From an uncultured Armatimonadia bacterium (GTDB lineage Bacteria; Armatimonadota; Zipacnadia; Zipacnadales; UBA5352): a stretch of 60,277 bases of DNA. The stretch covers positions 1-60,277 of the forward strand of contig CAZTZN010000006.1 of the NCBI GenBank assembly GCA_964617715.1, in the 5' to 3' direction. This document shows positions 9,706-19,198 of the stretch, in pieces. Below the pieces are notes generated by a model, which was not told the origin of the DNA, did no database searches, and was given only the letters and a program-made list of their open reading frames with translations. Numbering within the stretch: position 1 is the first letter of the stretch; the number at the start of each line of letters is the position of its first letter. The position numbers were made by a program, and so were the translations under genes.

Positions 9706-11442
9706 ATGTTCGTCGAACCTTGGTGGCGAATCACGATGACCGGGCAAGCTCGAGATGACGACGTCGTCCGCGTAGGGCCCTACCTCGTCCAGGACGTGCT
9801 GGGCTCGGGGCCACACGGCACCGTCTACGCGGTGCTGCACGAGCAGAAGCGCCAGCGCCTGGTGCTCAAGCGTCTGCACGAGCCGGTGCGCGACGCCCTC
9901 GGGCGCACCTTCAACCGCATCGCCCGCGTGGTGGTCGCCCTCGCCCACCCGACCATCGCCGACGTGGGGCACATCGTCCTGCACGGCGACCACGTCGCCA
10001 TCATAGGCGAGGTAGTCACGGGCCGCACGCTCGCCGACGTGCTCGCCAGTGAGGGCGCGGTCGATCCCTACGAGACCGTTGCGCTGGCGCGGCAGATCTG
10101 CGCCGGGCTCATGCACGCCCACCAGCGCTGCGTCTATCACACCAGCCTGCGCCCGGAGAACATCTTCCTCATGGACGACGGCAGCATCCGCATCACCGAC
10201 TTCGCCATCGCCGCGCTCTACGGCAATTCGGTGCGCAGACGCCCGCGCTACACCGCCGCGCAGGAGGTCTACTTCGCGCCCGAGTTCCGCACCAGGGGCA
10301 TCATCCACCCGGCCTCGGACATCTACAGCCTGGGCGTGCTGCTGTATGCCGCGCTCATCGGCGGCACCCCGCTGCAGCGCCGCGAGGCCACCGGCGACAG
10401 CCGCTTCTCGTTCCTCGAGGTCGGCGGAGCAGTCCGGGCAGACGAGGTGCCGCAGGTCCTCGATCTGAGCCACCTGCCCGGCGGCACGCCGCCGGCTCTG
10501 CGCAGCGCCATCGCCACCGCCGTGGCCCCGGAGCTGTCGGACCGGCCGGGCTCGGTCAACGAGTTCGTGGAGCTGCTCAAGGGCGCGCCCACGCGCTCCA
10601 CGCTGTCGCGGCTGGCGCGTGCCGAGACCGTGACCGGCGCCGTCGCGCAGCCGCCGACCGCGCCCGGAGCGCGCGTGCGTGTGTGCCCGGCCTGCCGGCG
10701 CCCGGTCTCGCCGGCGGGCCGCGTCTGCCTCGCCTGCGGGCTGGTGCTGCGCAAGCCGACCGACAAGAGCGAGGCCCTTGGCTACTTCCACCAACACGGC
10801 CGCCGCCTGTTGGCCAAGCGCGACTTCGCCGCCGCCGAGAAGGCTTATCGCCGCGCCATCGAGCGACACCCCGCCGAGGCCATCCTGCACGATGAGCTGG
10901 GCGACGTGCTGGCGGTCCAGAACCGCTTCGACGAGGCAACGGCCGCCTACCGCGAGGCGGTGCGCCTCGACCCGGGCGACGACGATGCCTGGCATGATCT
11001 GGGCGTGGCGCTGGTGGCGCTGCAGCGCCGACGCGAGGCGCGCGAGGCCCTGCACAAGGCCGTCGAGCTGACCGACCGGGACGAGGTGCGGCTGTCTGCG
11101 CAGATACACCTGGGCGCCATCGACGCCGAGGAGGGGCGTGTGCAGGAGGCCATCGACACCTGGGAGGAAGTGCTGCGCGAGGACCCCGGGCTGATCCCCG
11201 TGCACATGGCGCTGGCCTCGGCCTACGCCTCGCACAGCCGCTACGAGCAGGCCGAGGATCACCTGCGCACGGTGCTGTCCATCGAGCCGGGGATGCGTGA
11301 GGCCCAGAATCTGCTCTCGCGCGTGCGCGAGCGCTCGCAGCTCGAGCGCGTGGACGTGGACAACAGCTTCGGCCTGGTCGATGATTTCGGCGGCGGCACC
11401 GCCTACATCGGGCCCGGCTTCCGCTGGGTGCGCCTGCGCTGA
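9706..11442 (+). CDS. Hanks-type Ser/Thr kinase-like protein (predicted pseudokinase) with internal zinc ribbon and C-terminal TPR repeats
   Basis: G-loop LGSGPHGTVY, VLK lysine and APE are present. However, HRD is HTS (10138-10146), DFG is DFA (10198-10206), and the alpha-C Glu position reads FNRIA. A CPACRR..(9)..CLACG ribbon is followed by at least 5 TPR-like repeats. Alternative start at ATG 9736. Confidence 0.85.
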   Translation: MFVEPWWRITMTGQARDDDVVRVGPYLVQDVLGSGPHGTVYAVLHEQKRQRLVLKRLHEPVRDALGRTFNRIARVVVALAHPTIADVGHIVLHGDHVAIIGEVVTGRTLADVLASEGAVDPYETVALARQICAGLMHAHQRCVYHTSLRPENIFLMDDGSIRITDFAIAALYGNSVRRRPRYTAAQEVYFAPEFRTRGIIHPASDIYSLGVLLYAALIGGTPLQRREATGDSRFSFLEVGGAVRADEVPQVLDLSHLPGGTPPALRSAIATAVAPELSDRPGSVNEFVELLKGAPTRSTLSRLARAETVTGAVAQPPTAPGARVRVCPACRRPVSPAGRVCLACGLVLRKPTDKSEALGYFHQHGRRLLAKRDFAAAEKAYRRAIERHPAEAILHDELGDVLAVQNRFDEATAAYREAVRLDPGDDDAWHDLGVALVALQRRREAREALHKAVELTDRDEVRLSAQIHLGAIDAEEGRVQEAIDTWEEVLREDPGLIPVHMALASAYASHSRYEQAEDHLRTVLSIEPGMREAQNLLSRVRERSQLERVDVDNSFGLVDDFGGGTAYIGPGFRWVRLR

Positions 11443-11464
11443 GGCTCGGGGGTGGCGTCGCTGA

Positions 11465-11484
11465 AAGGTTGCAAAGGCAACCTT
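11465..11484 (+). terminator. Short hairpin AAGGTTGC-AAAG-GCAACCTT after the kinase-like gene
   Basis: Perfect 8-bp stem with a 4-nt loop, 22 nt after the stop codon. There is no real U-tract. It overlaps the -35 element of the next promoter. Confidence 0.35.
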
Positions 11485-11511
11485 GTCAGGTACGCGCGGG
11501 CGCCGTATAAT
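11483..11511 (+). promoter_or_regulatory. Near-consensus sigma-70 promoter TTGTCA-17-TATAAT
   Basis: TTGTCA at 11483-11488, exactly 17 nt of spacer, and a perfect TATAAT at 11506-11511. It lies about 125 nt upstream of the ABC exporter ATG, which has a GGGAGAGGA ribosome-binding site. Confidence 0.55.
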
Positions 11512-11636
11512 AGAGTTCCCGTGCTGGCGGGGGGCGCGGCCTGCGGGGGGGCTGCGGCTACCGGACGGCGTCACCCTTCCGCCGTGGATTCCCGACATCA
11601 CATCGACCAGTCGTTAGTCGCCGGGAGAGGACACAC

Positions 11637-13505
11637 ATGCTCGGAGGAGGACACGGACGGAGGGGCCGCGGTCGGCACCACACCGAGGCCGACCCGTACG
11701 AAGAAGAGGTCGAGCCACTCTCGATCACCGACCGCCGCATGCTGGCGTGGTTCGCCACCTACCTCGGGCCACAGTGGCACATGCTGCTGCTCGGGTTCGT
11801 CGGCATGCTCGGTGGCACCGCCGCGGCCCTGTACTACCCGCAACTGCTCACGCCCATCTGGGACGATGTGATCCGCGATGGTCACATTGAGGTCCTGCCG
11901 CACCTGGGGGCGCTGCTGCTGGGCACCTTCCTCGCCCAGGCCCTGTTCAACGCCCTGCGCATGAACGTCATGCACCAGCTTGGTCAGCGCTTCGTGCTGG
12001 ACGTGCGCCTGCGCACCTACCGCCATCTGCTGCGCCAGTCGCTGTCGTTCTTCGAAGCGCGGCGCACCGGCGACGTCATGTCGCGCATCTCCAACGACGT
12101 CAACGCCGTCGAGGACATGGTGGTGCATGGGCTGGATACCATGATCTCCGACGGCCTGCTGGTGGTCGGCACCATCGTTCTGATCTTCATGACCAACTGG
12201 CGGCTGGCGCTGGTGGGCCTCGCGCCCCTGCCGGTATTCCTGGCCGGCATCATCATCTTCTCGCGCATCATCCGCCCGCTCTACCATCGCATCCGCGAGC
12301 AGCTCGGCGACATCAACGCGCGCCTGCAGGAGAGCCTCGAAGGCGTGCGCGTCGTGAAGGCCTTCAACCGCGAAGGGCACGAGTTCAGCCGCTTCGAAGA
12401 GGACAGCACCGGCTACTACCGCGCCAACATCCGCGCCATCTGGCTGTGGACCTCGTTCTTCCCGGCGATGGGCTTCATCACTTCGGTCGGCCTGATTCTC
12501 GTCATCTGGCACGGCGCCTCGCTGGCCACCAGCGGGTTGGCGAGCGGCGGCGAGGTCGTCACCTTCCTCGCCTACATGCAGCGCTTCTACCAGCCGGTGG
12601 GCGGCCTGGTGCGCGTGTACGACGTCTTCAACCGTGCCCTGGCCTCGCTCGCGCGCATCTTCCAGCTCCTCGATGAAGAGCCGTCGATCCAGGAGAAGCC
12701 CGATGCGCGAGTGCTACCCCGCTCGACCGGCCGGGTCGCGATCGAGCACGTGAGCTTCCGCTACCAGACCGGCGAGATGGTGCTTCAGGATGTCTCGGTC
12801 ACCGCCGAGCCGGGCGAGACCGTCGCCATCGTGGGCCGCTCGGGTGCGGGCAAGACCAGCCTGGTGAACCTGATCCCGCGCTTCTACGATCCGCTCGAGG
12901 GTCGCGTGCTCATCGACGGCATCGACATCCGCGAGGTCACCCTCGACAGCCTGCGCTCGCAGATCGGCATCGTGCTGCAGGACACCTTCCTGTTCAACGA
13001 CACCGTGCGCAACAACATCCGTTACGGCCGTCTCGACGCCACCGACGAGGAGATCGAGGACGCCGCCCGCCGCGCCTACGCCGACGAGTTCATCGAGGAG
13101 CTGCCCGAGAAGTACGAGACCATGATCGGTGAGCGGGGCGTCAAGCTCTCGGGCGGACAGAAGCAGCGCATCGCCATCGCCCGTGCGCTGCTGGCCGACC
13201 CGCGCATCCTGATCCTCGACGAGGCCACTTCGCTGGTGGACACCGAGGCCGAGCAGCTCATCCAGCGGGCGCTCGAGGAGCTGCGGCACAACCGTACGAC
13301 CTTCGTCATCGCCCACCGCCTCTCGACCGTGCGCGACGCCGACAAGATTATCGTCATTGCGGGTGGGCAGATCGTGGAGCAGGACAGCCACGATCGGCTC
13401 ATGGCGCGCAACGGCGTCTACGCCGAGATGTACAACCGGCAGTTCCGCCTGGAAGACGTGTGGTACGGGAACGGCGGCGAGTTCGGCGGCGGTATGCCCG
13501 GGTGA
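11637..13505 (+). CDS. ABC exporter, fused permease-ATPase (MsbA-type half transporter)
   Basis: Six-helix TMD followed by an NBD with Walker A GRSGAGKTS, signature LSGGQKQR and Walker B ILILDEATS. Confidence 0.9.
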   Translation: MLGGGHGRRGRGRHHTEADPYEEEVEPLSITDRRMLAWFATYLGPQWHMLLLGFVGMLGGTAAALYYPQLLTPIWDDVIRDGHIEVLPHLGALLLGTFLAQALFNALRMNVMHQLGQRFVLDVRLRTYRHLLRQSLSFFEARRTGDVMSRISNDVNAVEDMVVHGLDTMISDGLLVVGTIVLIFMTNWRLALVGLAPLPVFLAGIIIFSRIIRPLYHRIREQLGDINARLQESLEGVRVVKAFNREGHEFSRFEEDSTGYYRANIRAIWLWTSFFPAMGFITSVGLILVIWHGASLATSGLASGGEVVTFLAYMQRFYQPVGGLVRVYDVFNRALASLARIFQLLDEEPSIQEKPDARVLPRSTGRVAIEHVSFRYQTGEMVLQDVSVTAEPGETVAIVGRSGAGKTSLVNLIPRFYDPLEGRVLIDGIDIREVTLDSLRSQIGIVLQDTFLFNDTVRNNIRYGRLDATDEEIEDAARRAYADEFIEELPEKYETMIGERGVKLSGGQKQRIAIARALLADPRILILDEATSLVDTEAEQLIQRALEELRHNRTTFVIAHRLSTVRDADKIIVIAGGQIVEQDSHDRLMARNGVYAEMYNRQFRLEDVWYGNGGEFGGGMPG

Positions 13506-13535
13506 CGAAGCACGGTAGACGCGGAGGGCAGATGT

Positions 13536-16500
13536 ATGACGCCCGCCAGTGCCCGGCTTGAGGCCGCGCTGCGGCCCTACCTGCTCAGGCGACGGCTGCT
13601 CGAAGCCGCCGTCGGGTTGCTGCAGGGGCTGGCGCTGGCGGGGCTGCTCGTGGCCGCGCTGGTGCTGGTGCTGGGACACGCGGCCCTGCTGGCGCCCACC
13701 ACTGCGGCGGCGCTGACCGGCCTCGCGCTCGTCCCCGCGCTGGCCCGGCTCGTCCGCCGGCCTGATCTCATGGCTGCGGCGCTGGCCGTTGAGCGCAGCT
13801 TCCCGTGGCTGCAGGATCGCGTCGCCACCGCCATAGACCTCGCGCGCGCCCGCCCGACCCGCGCGCGGTACTCCGAGCTTGTCGCCGCGCGTATCAACCG
13901 CGAAGCCATCGCCGCCCTGCGCGATCTGCCGCTCGCCCGCAGCGTGCCGCTCGCGGTCCTGCGCACGCCGGCCGTGGTGGCAACTCTCGGCGTCGGGCTG
14001 GCCGCGCTGGCGTGGAGCATGCTACCCGCTGAGACTCCGTCCGCCCCTCCAGTATCCCGCAGCCCGGCAATGACCGAGGGCGCCGCACCTGTGACGCCGA
14101 TTCTGCCGGCGCTGACCGACCTGAGCCTGAGCATCACGCCGCCGGGGTACACGCGCCTGCCCACGCGCCGACTCATCGAGATCCCGGAGACGGTGCGTGC
14201 GCCCCTGGGCAGCGCGATCACCATCGCGGGCCGGTGCGAGCGCACCGGCGCTGCGACCTGCCTGGTGAGCGAGCCCGGCGGCACGCGTGAGCTGTCACGC
14301 GCCGATGGCGGCTGGATCGAGCACACCTTCACGCTCACGCGGAGCATCCGCTGGCGCCTGCGCGCCGAGGATGCCGCGGGCATCGCGCTGACCGGCTGGT
14401 GCGCCATCGAGCCGGTGCCCGACGCGATGCCCACGGTGCGCCTGCTGCGCCCTGCGGGCGACCTCACGCTCGATGTCGCCGCGCCGGTCGAGGTCGCGGT
14501 CGCGGCCGGCGACGACTACGGCATCACGGCGCTGGGGCTGCGCTACCGCCTGGGCGACGACGACCGCTGGCAATCGCTGGCGCTGGATGCCTCAGGCGGG
14601 TCGGCCAGCGCGCGGCTCAACCTCGGCGCGATCGGTCTCAAGCCCGGTGGCGAGTTGCTGCTGCGGGCATACGCCACGGACAACGATGCCGTCACCGGCC
14701 CGAAGACCGCGCTCAGCGCACCCGTGCGCATTCGCCTGCGCACCGACGCGACCGCGCCTGCGACACCCGAGACCCCTGTGCAGGAGGCGCAGCGTGAAGA
14801 GGGCGATGCCCTGGAGCAACTGCGTCGCGCCGCCGAACAGCTCGGCGAGCAGCTCGCCGAGGCGCTGGAGAGCGCGTCGGCATCCGTGAGCGACAGCGAG
14901 CCGCCGCCGGCCCTCGGGCGCGAGTTGCAGGAGGCCGCGCGGCGGCTGCAGGAGCAGGCGGGCCGCCTCGAAAGTGCGATGCGCGAGGCCGAGCGGCAAC
15001 TCACCGCCGACGAGATGCTCACCCCCGAGTTGGTCGAGAAGGTGCGCGAGTTGCACGAGCTGATGCGCGAGATCCTCGACGACGAGATGCGCCGCGCCCT
15101 CGAGGAGCTGCAGCGCGCGCTGGAGGCGCAGGATCTGACGCAGATGCGCATGAGCCTCGAACGCGCGCGTGAGGCGCAGGAGCGCTTCATGCAGCGCCTC
15201 GAGCAGACGCTGTCGCTGCTGAGGCGCGCGCGACTTGAGGCGATGGTCGAGCAACTTCGGCGCCGCGCCGAAGCGCTGGCGCAGCGCCAGGAGGAGCTGG
15301 GCGAACGGACGGAGGGGCTGCCCGAGGGCCCTTCCTCGGAGGCAGGCCAGGCTGAGCGCGACCAGCAGATCCTCGCGCGCGACACCGAGCCGCTGGCCGC
15401 GGAGGTTGAGCAGGCGGTTGAGGTCGCGCGCGAGGTCTCCGCGGAGATGGCCGCGCGGCTGGGGGCCATCTCCGACCGGCTGCTGCGCGATGACCCGGCG
15501 GGGGCAATGCGCCGGGCCGCCAGCGCCCTGCGACGCGGCAGTCCCTCAGACGCGCGCGGCCCGCAGGATGAGGCGCTGCGCGCGCTCCGGCAAGCGTCAT
15601 CGTCGCTGGCTGAGTTGTCGCAGCAACTCGCGAGCGACTTCACGGCCGAGGCCCGCCGGCAGATCGCGCGCATGATTCGCGACGCCCTTGCACTCTCGGC
15701 CGAGCAGGAGGATCTCGGTGAGGACGTCGGTCGGCTGGTGGCGCTGCGCAGCATGGACCTGGTGCGCGACAAGCGCGCCATCGATCCGGTGCGGCGCCGA
15801 CAGAGCACGCTCGCCGAGGCGGCCCGCGCGCTCGCGGAGCGCATGCTGGAGCTGGCAAAGCAGACCCCGGCGATGGACCCCGGGCTGGCCGCGGGCGTGG
15901 AGGCCATCGCCGACGAGATGGCCCAGGCGGCGCGCGAGATCGAGGGGGCGAACATCGGGGCGGCGACCTGGCGCGGGCGCGCGGCCATGGCCGGCCTCAA
16001 CGAGATTGCGCGCCGGTTGCTGGAGGTCGATGACCAGCTCTCCTCCAGCTCGGCGCAGAGCACGCTGTCGGAGTATATGCGGCGCCTGCGGCAGCTCGCG
16101 CAGCGCCAGCAGGGCCTCAACCAGCAGACCGGGCAGGCGCAGTCGGGCCGTCGGCAGGGACAGGGGCTGGGGCCGAACCTGTCGGAGCTGGCGCTCGAGC
16201 AGGCGATGATCCGCGAGGCGCTGCAGAAGATGCTCCAGCAGGGGGGCGAGGCGACACAGCCCATCGCCGACCAGCTCGGCGGCGTCCCCCGCGAGATGGA
16301 GCAGGTCGAGGAGGAGATGCGCTCGGGGCGGCTCGAACGCGAGACCATCGAACGTCAGGAGCGCATTCTTGAGAAGATGCTGGAAGCCCAGCGCTCGCTT
16401 TACACGCGTGAGCAGGAGCGCTCCGAGCGCAAGGCCGAGCGCCCCACCGCCTGGGAGCCGCCGCCCGCGCCGCCCGTGCTCGGCCCCAGCCTGATGCGTG

Positions 16501-16607
16501 CGCCCTCGGTGATGGTCCGGCCGGGCGCCGGGATTGAGGCGCTGCCGCGCGGCTATGAAGAGCTGGTACGCGAGTACTTCCGGGTGCTGGGGGAGGGTGG
16601 GCGGTGA
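13536..16607 (+). CDS. Large membrane-anchored coiled-coil protein, DUF4175-like
   Basis: 1023 aa. N-terminal paired TM helices. A middle region carries ITPPGYTRLP and AAGDDYGITALGLRY blocks that I associate with DUF4175/TIGR02302. This is followed by about 550 aa of E/R/A/L/Q coiled coil and a C-terminal LPRGYEELVREYFRVL. GGAGGG ribosome-binding site 7 nt upstream. Confidence 0.7.
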   Translation: MTPASARLEAALRPYLLRRRLLEAAVGLLQGLALAGLLVAALVLVLGHAALLAPTTAAALTGLALVPALARLVRRPDLMAAALAVERSFPWLQDRVATAIDLARARPTRARYSELVAARINREAIAALRDLPLARSVPLAVLRTPAVVATLGVGLAALAWSMLPAETPSAPPVSRSPAMTEGAAPVTPILPALTDLSLSITPPGYTRLPTRRLIEIPETVRAPLGSAITIAGRCERTGAATCLVSEPGGTRELSRADGGWIEHTFTLTRSIRWRLRAEDAAGIALTGWCAIEPVPDAMPTVRLLRPAGDLTLDVAAPVEVAVAAGDDYGITALGLRYRLGDDDRWQSLALDASGGSASARLNLGAIGLKPGGELLLRAYATDNDAVTGPKTALSAPVRIRLRTDATAPATPETPVQEAQREEGDALEQLRRAAEQLGEQLAEALESASASVSDSEPPPALGRELQEAARRLQEQAGRLESAMREAERQLTADEMLTPELVEKVRELHELMREILDDEMRRALEELQRALEAQDLTQMRMSLERAREAQERFMQRLEQTLSLLRRARLEAMVEQLRRRAEALAQRQEELGERTEGLPEGPSSEAGQAERDQQILARDTEPLAAEVEQAVEVAREVSAEMAARLGAISDRLLRDDPAGAMRRAASALRRGSPSDARGPQDEALRALRQASSSLAELSQQLASDFTAEARRQIARMIRDALALSAEQEDLGEDVGRLVALRSMDLVRDKRAIDPVRRRQSTLAEAARALAERMLELAKQTPAMDPGLAAGVEAIADEMAQAAREIEGANIGAATWRGRAAMAGLNEIARRLLEVDDQLSSSSAQSTLSEYMRRLRQLAQRQQGLNQQTGQAQSGRRQGQGLGPNLSELALEQAMIREALQKMLQQGGEATQPIADQLGGVPREMEQVEEEMRSGRLERETIERQERILEKMLEAQRSLYTREQERSERKAERPTAWEPPPAPPVLGPSLMRAPSVMVRPGAGIEALPRGYEELVREYFRVLGEGGR

Positions 16608-19198
16608 TCGCTCGCATCGCGCTCGTCACACTGATGGCTGCGGCCCCGGGCCTCGCGCAGGACGTAGGGGCCGACTTCAACGCGCTGCTGAGTGCGGCCG
16701 ACGGGCTCGCCCGCACCGGCCAGGTCGAGGCGGCGGAGCGCGCGTATGAGCAGGCAATCGCGACCGCGACCTCGGACGAGGAATGCGCGCAGGCCTTGTG
16801 GCTGCTCGCCAACGGACGCCGCGGCCGCGGCGACACCGCCGGCGCGGTTGAGGCGCTGGCGCGGGTGCTCGACTTGGAGGGTGGAGGCGCGTGGCTCACC
16901 CCGTGCTTGACGCAGCTCGCGAACCTGGCCTCCCGCTGCGGTCGTCCGGACCTGGCGCGTGCCGCCAACGAGCGCCTGGTCGAGGCTTTCGGCCCGACTT
17001 CCGCGCCGGCCGCGCCGGCCATGCTCGCGCTCGCTCGCATCGAAAGTGACGAGGGTGACCTCGACGCGGCCATCGCGCGCCTGGAGTTGATGCTCGGCAC
17101 GGGTCTGCACACCGCCGCGCATGCTCAGGCCCGCGAGTTGCTGGTGGGCTGTCTGCTGGCGAGAGACGAACGCGACCGTGCCCTGGCGACGGCGCGGGCC
17201 GCGCCCGAGGAGAATCGCCGCGCGCGCCTGCTCATGCGCATCGCCCTCCGGGCCCGTGACGGCGGCGACCTCGACGTGGCCGACGCCATCGCGCGCGAGG
17301 TGCTCGCGCTGGTACCCGATCATCCGCAGGCGGTCGAGCTGGTACACGCGTTCGCGGTCGAACGCGGGGCGGTGGATCAACTCATCGCGGAGCTGCGTGT
17401 GCGCGCCGCGGGCGATGACCCCGAGCCGGCCCTGCGAACGCTCGCGCAGATCGCGACACTTGAGGGCGACGCCCGCGCCGCGCTCGATGCCTGGGAGCGC
17501 CTGCTCGTGCTTCACCTCGATGACCCCGAGGCGCACCGCACTGTCGGCCGCCTGGCCCTCGACGCCGGCGACCTGGACCGAGCGGAGATCGCCTGCCGCC
17601 GTGCGCTGGAGCTGGCCCCCGAGTCGCAGCCGGCGGCCGAGGCGCTGGCCGAGGTGCTGGTGCGGCGCGGGCGCACCGACGAGGCGGTGACTGCGCTCAA
17701 GCGGGCGCTGGGCTACGATCCGGCGGACATCACCACCGTGCGCTCGCTGGGGTACGCGCTCGCGCGTTATTCGCTCCATCACGAGGCAGTCGCGGCCTAC
17801 CGCGAGGCGCGCGCCGCCCTCGGCGACGACCACGCGCTGGCGTGGGAGATGGCACGCGCGCAGATGGCGTTGCTCGACTACCCCGCCGCCGCGCGTGAAC
17901 TCCTGGCTGCGCTGGGGGAGGAGGGCGTGTCCGCGCGCATGATCGGTCACGAGCTGGAGCGGCTGGTCAGTGATGAGATCGCCGGGCAGGAGGTGCTGGC
18001 CGTGATCGCCGAGCAGCCCCTCGCCGACCTGACCGACGCCGGGCGCGTCGCCCTCGGACGAGCGTGGCTGGCCGCAGGGGACACCCCGCGCGCGCTGGAG
18101 CTGCTGGGCGCGACCGAGTTCGCGGCGCAGGAGGTCGCGGAGATCGCCCGCGAGAGCGAGCTGCGCGGCGAGCCCGAGGTGGCCGCCGACCTCTACATCT
18201 TCGCACTCGAGCGCGGCCTGCCCGACCCCGAGGCCGGGAAGGTGGCGATGAGCCTGGCGAGGCTGGAGGCGGCGCGGGGGCGCTGGCGGGACGCGCTGGA
18301 CGCGTTGGACCTCGCGCCCATCGACGACGATCCGGCGGTGCTGGTGCTGCGCATCGAGCTGCTGCTGGAACACGCGCATCGCCCGGAGCAGGCCGGCCTC
18401 GCGCTTCAACGGCTTGAGGCCCTGGTGGGCGAGGATCGCGCGTGGGCGGGCCCGGCCCGTCGTGCTCATGCCGAGTGGCTCTTCGCGATGGGCCGGCTCG
18501 ACGAAGCCGAGGAGGCCTTCACCGGCCTGCTGGCGGGTGGCGACGAGCGCGCGCCATCGAGCATCGAGCCGCCGCCCTTCCCGCCGAGCATGATGGCGCC
18601 GCCGGGGATGGTGCCTCAGCCGGTCTTCGTCTTCACCGGCGGCGGGGAGACGCTGGCGGCGCTGCGGCTGGGGGAGATCGCTCTGCGCCACGGCGACCTG
18701 GAGCTGGCCGAGCAGCGCCTGCGCAGCGTAGCGGAGCGCTGGCCCGACAGCGACGAGGCCAACGACGCGCTCGCGTGGCTCTCGTTCATACGGGAGAACC
18801 TCGACGGCGAGGGCCGCGCGGAGAGCGACTACCTGCGCGCGCTGATGCTGCTCGATCGCGGCGCCCTCGACGAGGCCGAGGGGCTGCTGCGCGAGATCGT
18901 CGGCACGCGTGATGAGCCGCTGGCCGATGATGCGCTGATGCTGCTGGCACGCGCCCGCTGCGATGCCGGCGATGCGGCCGGTGCGGTCGAGACGTGGCTG
19001 CGCGTGGTCGAGCGCTTCGGCGATGGACTGCTCGCCCCCGAGGCGCTGCTGCGGGCCGCCCGCGCCTTGCGGGACGAGCTGGATGACCCGGCGAGCGCGG
19101 CGGAGGCCCTGCGCAGGATCGTCGAGGACTACGCCGACTCGGCGGCCGCACAGCAGGCACGCGATGAGTTGGAGCTGCTGCGCGGGGTGTCGCCGTGA
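16604..19198 (+). CDS. Secreted TPR-repeat protein (864 aa)
   Basis: The GTG start overlaps the upstream stop (GTGA). Signal peptide MIARIALVTLMAAAPGLAQD. Alanine-rich TPR-like helical repeats run throughout. Confidence 0.75.
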   Translation: MIARIALVTLMAAAPGLAQDVGADFNALLSAADGLARTGQVEAAERAYEQAIATATSDEECAQALWLLANGRRGRGDTAGAVEALARVLDLEGGGAWLTPCLTQLANLASRCGRPDLARAANERLVEAFGPTSAPAAPAMLALARIESDEGDLDAAIARLELMLGTGLHTAAHAQARELLVGCLLARDERDRALATARAAPEENRRARLLMRIALRARDGGDLDVADAIAREVLALVPDHPQAVELVHAFAVERGAVDQLIAELRVRAAGDDPEPALRTLAQIATLEGDARAALDAWERLLVLHLDDPEAHRTVGRLALDAGDLDRAEIACRRALELAPESQPAAEALAEVLVRRGRTDEAVTALKRALGYDPADITTVRSLGYALARYSLHHEAVAAYREARAALGDDHALAWEMARAQMALLDYPAAARELLAALGEEGVSARMIGHELERLVSDEIAGQEVLAVIAEQPLADLTDAGRVALGRAWLAAGDTPRALELLGATEFAAQEVAEIARESELRGEPEVAADLYIFALERGLPDPEAGKVAMSLARLEAARGRWRDALDALDLAPIDDDPAVLVLRIELLLEHAHRPEQAGLALQRLEALVGEDRAWAGPARRAHAEWLFAMGRLDEAEEAFTGLLAGGDERAPSSIEPPPFPPSMMAPPGMVPQPVFVFTGGGETLAALRLGEIALRHGDLELAEQRLRSVAERWPDSDEANDALAWLSFIRENLDGEGRAESDYLRALMLLDRGALDEAEGLLREIVGTRDEPLADDALMLLARARCDAGDAAGAVETWLRVVERFGDGLLAPEALLRAARALRDELDDPASAAEALRRIVEDYADSAAAQQARDELELLRGVSP

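Noticed and set aside
9280-11601. 773-aa minus-strand ORF antisense to the kinase-like gene
   Set aside because: Its Arg/Gly/Ala/His-rich translation has no recognisable motifs, and it lies opposite a gene with clear kinase and TPR motifs. This is a typical stop-codon-poor antisense frame of GC-rich DNA.
16553-18691. 712-aa minus-strand ORF antisense to the TPR gene
   Set aside because: Same reasoning. The plus-strand frame has a signal peptide, TPR-like periodicity and translational coupling to both neighbours.
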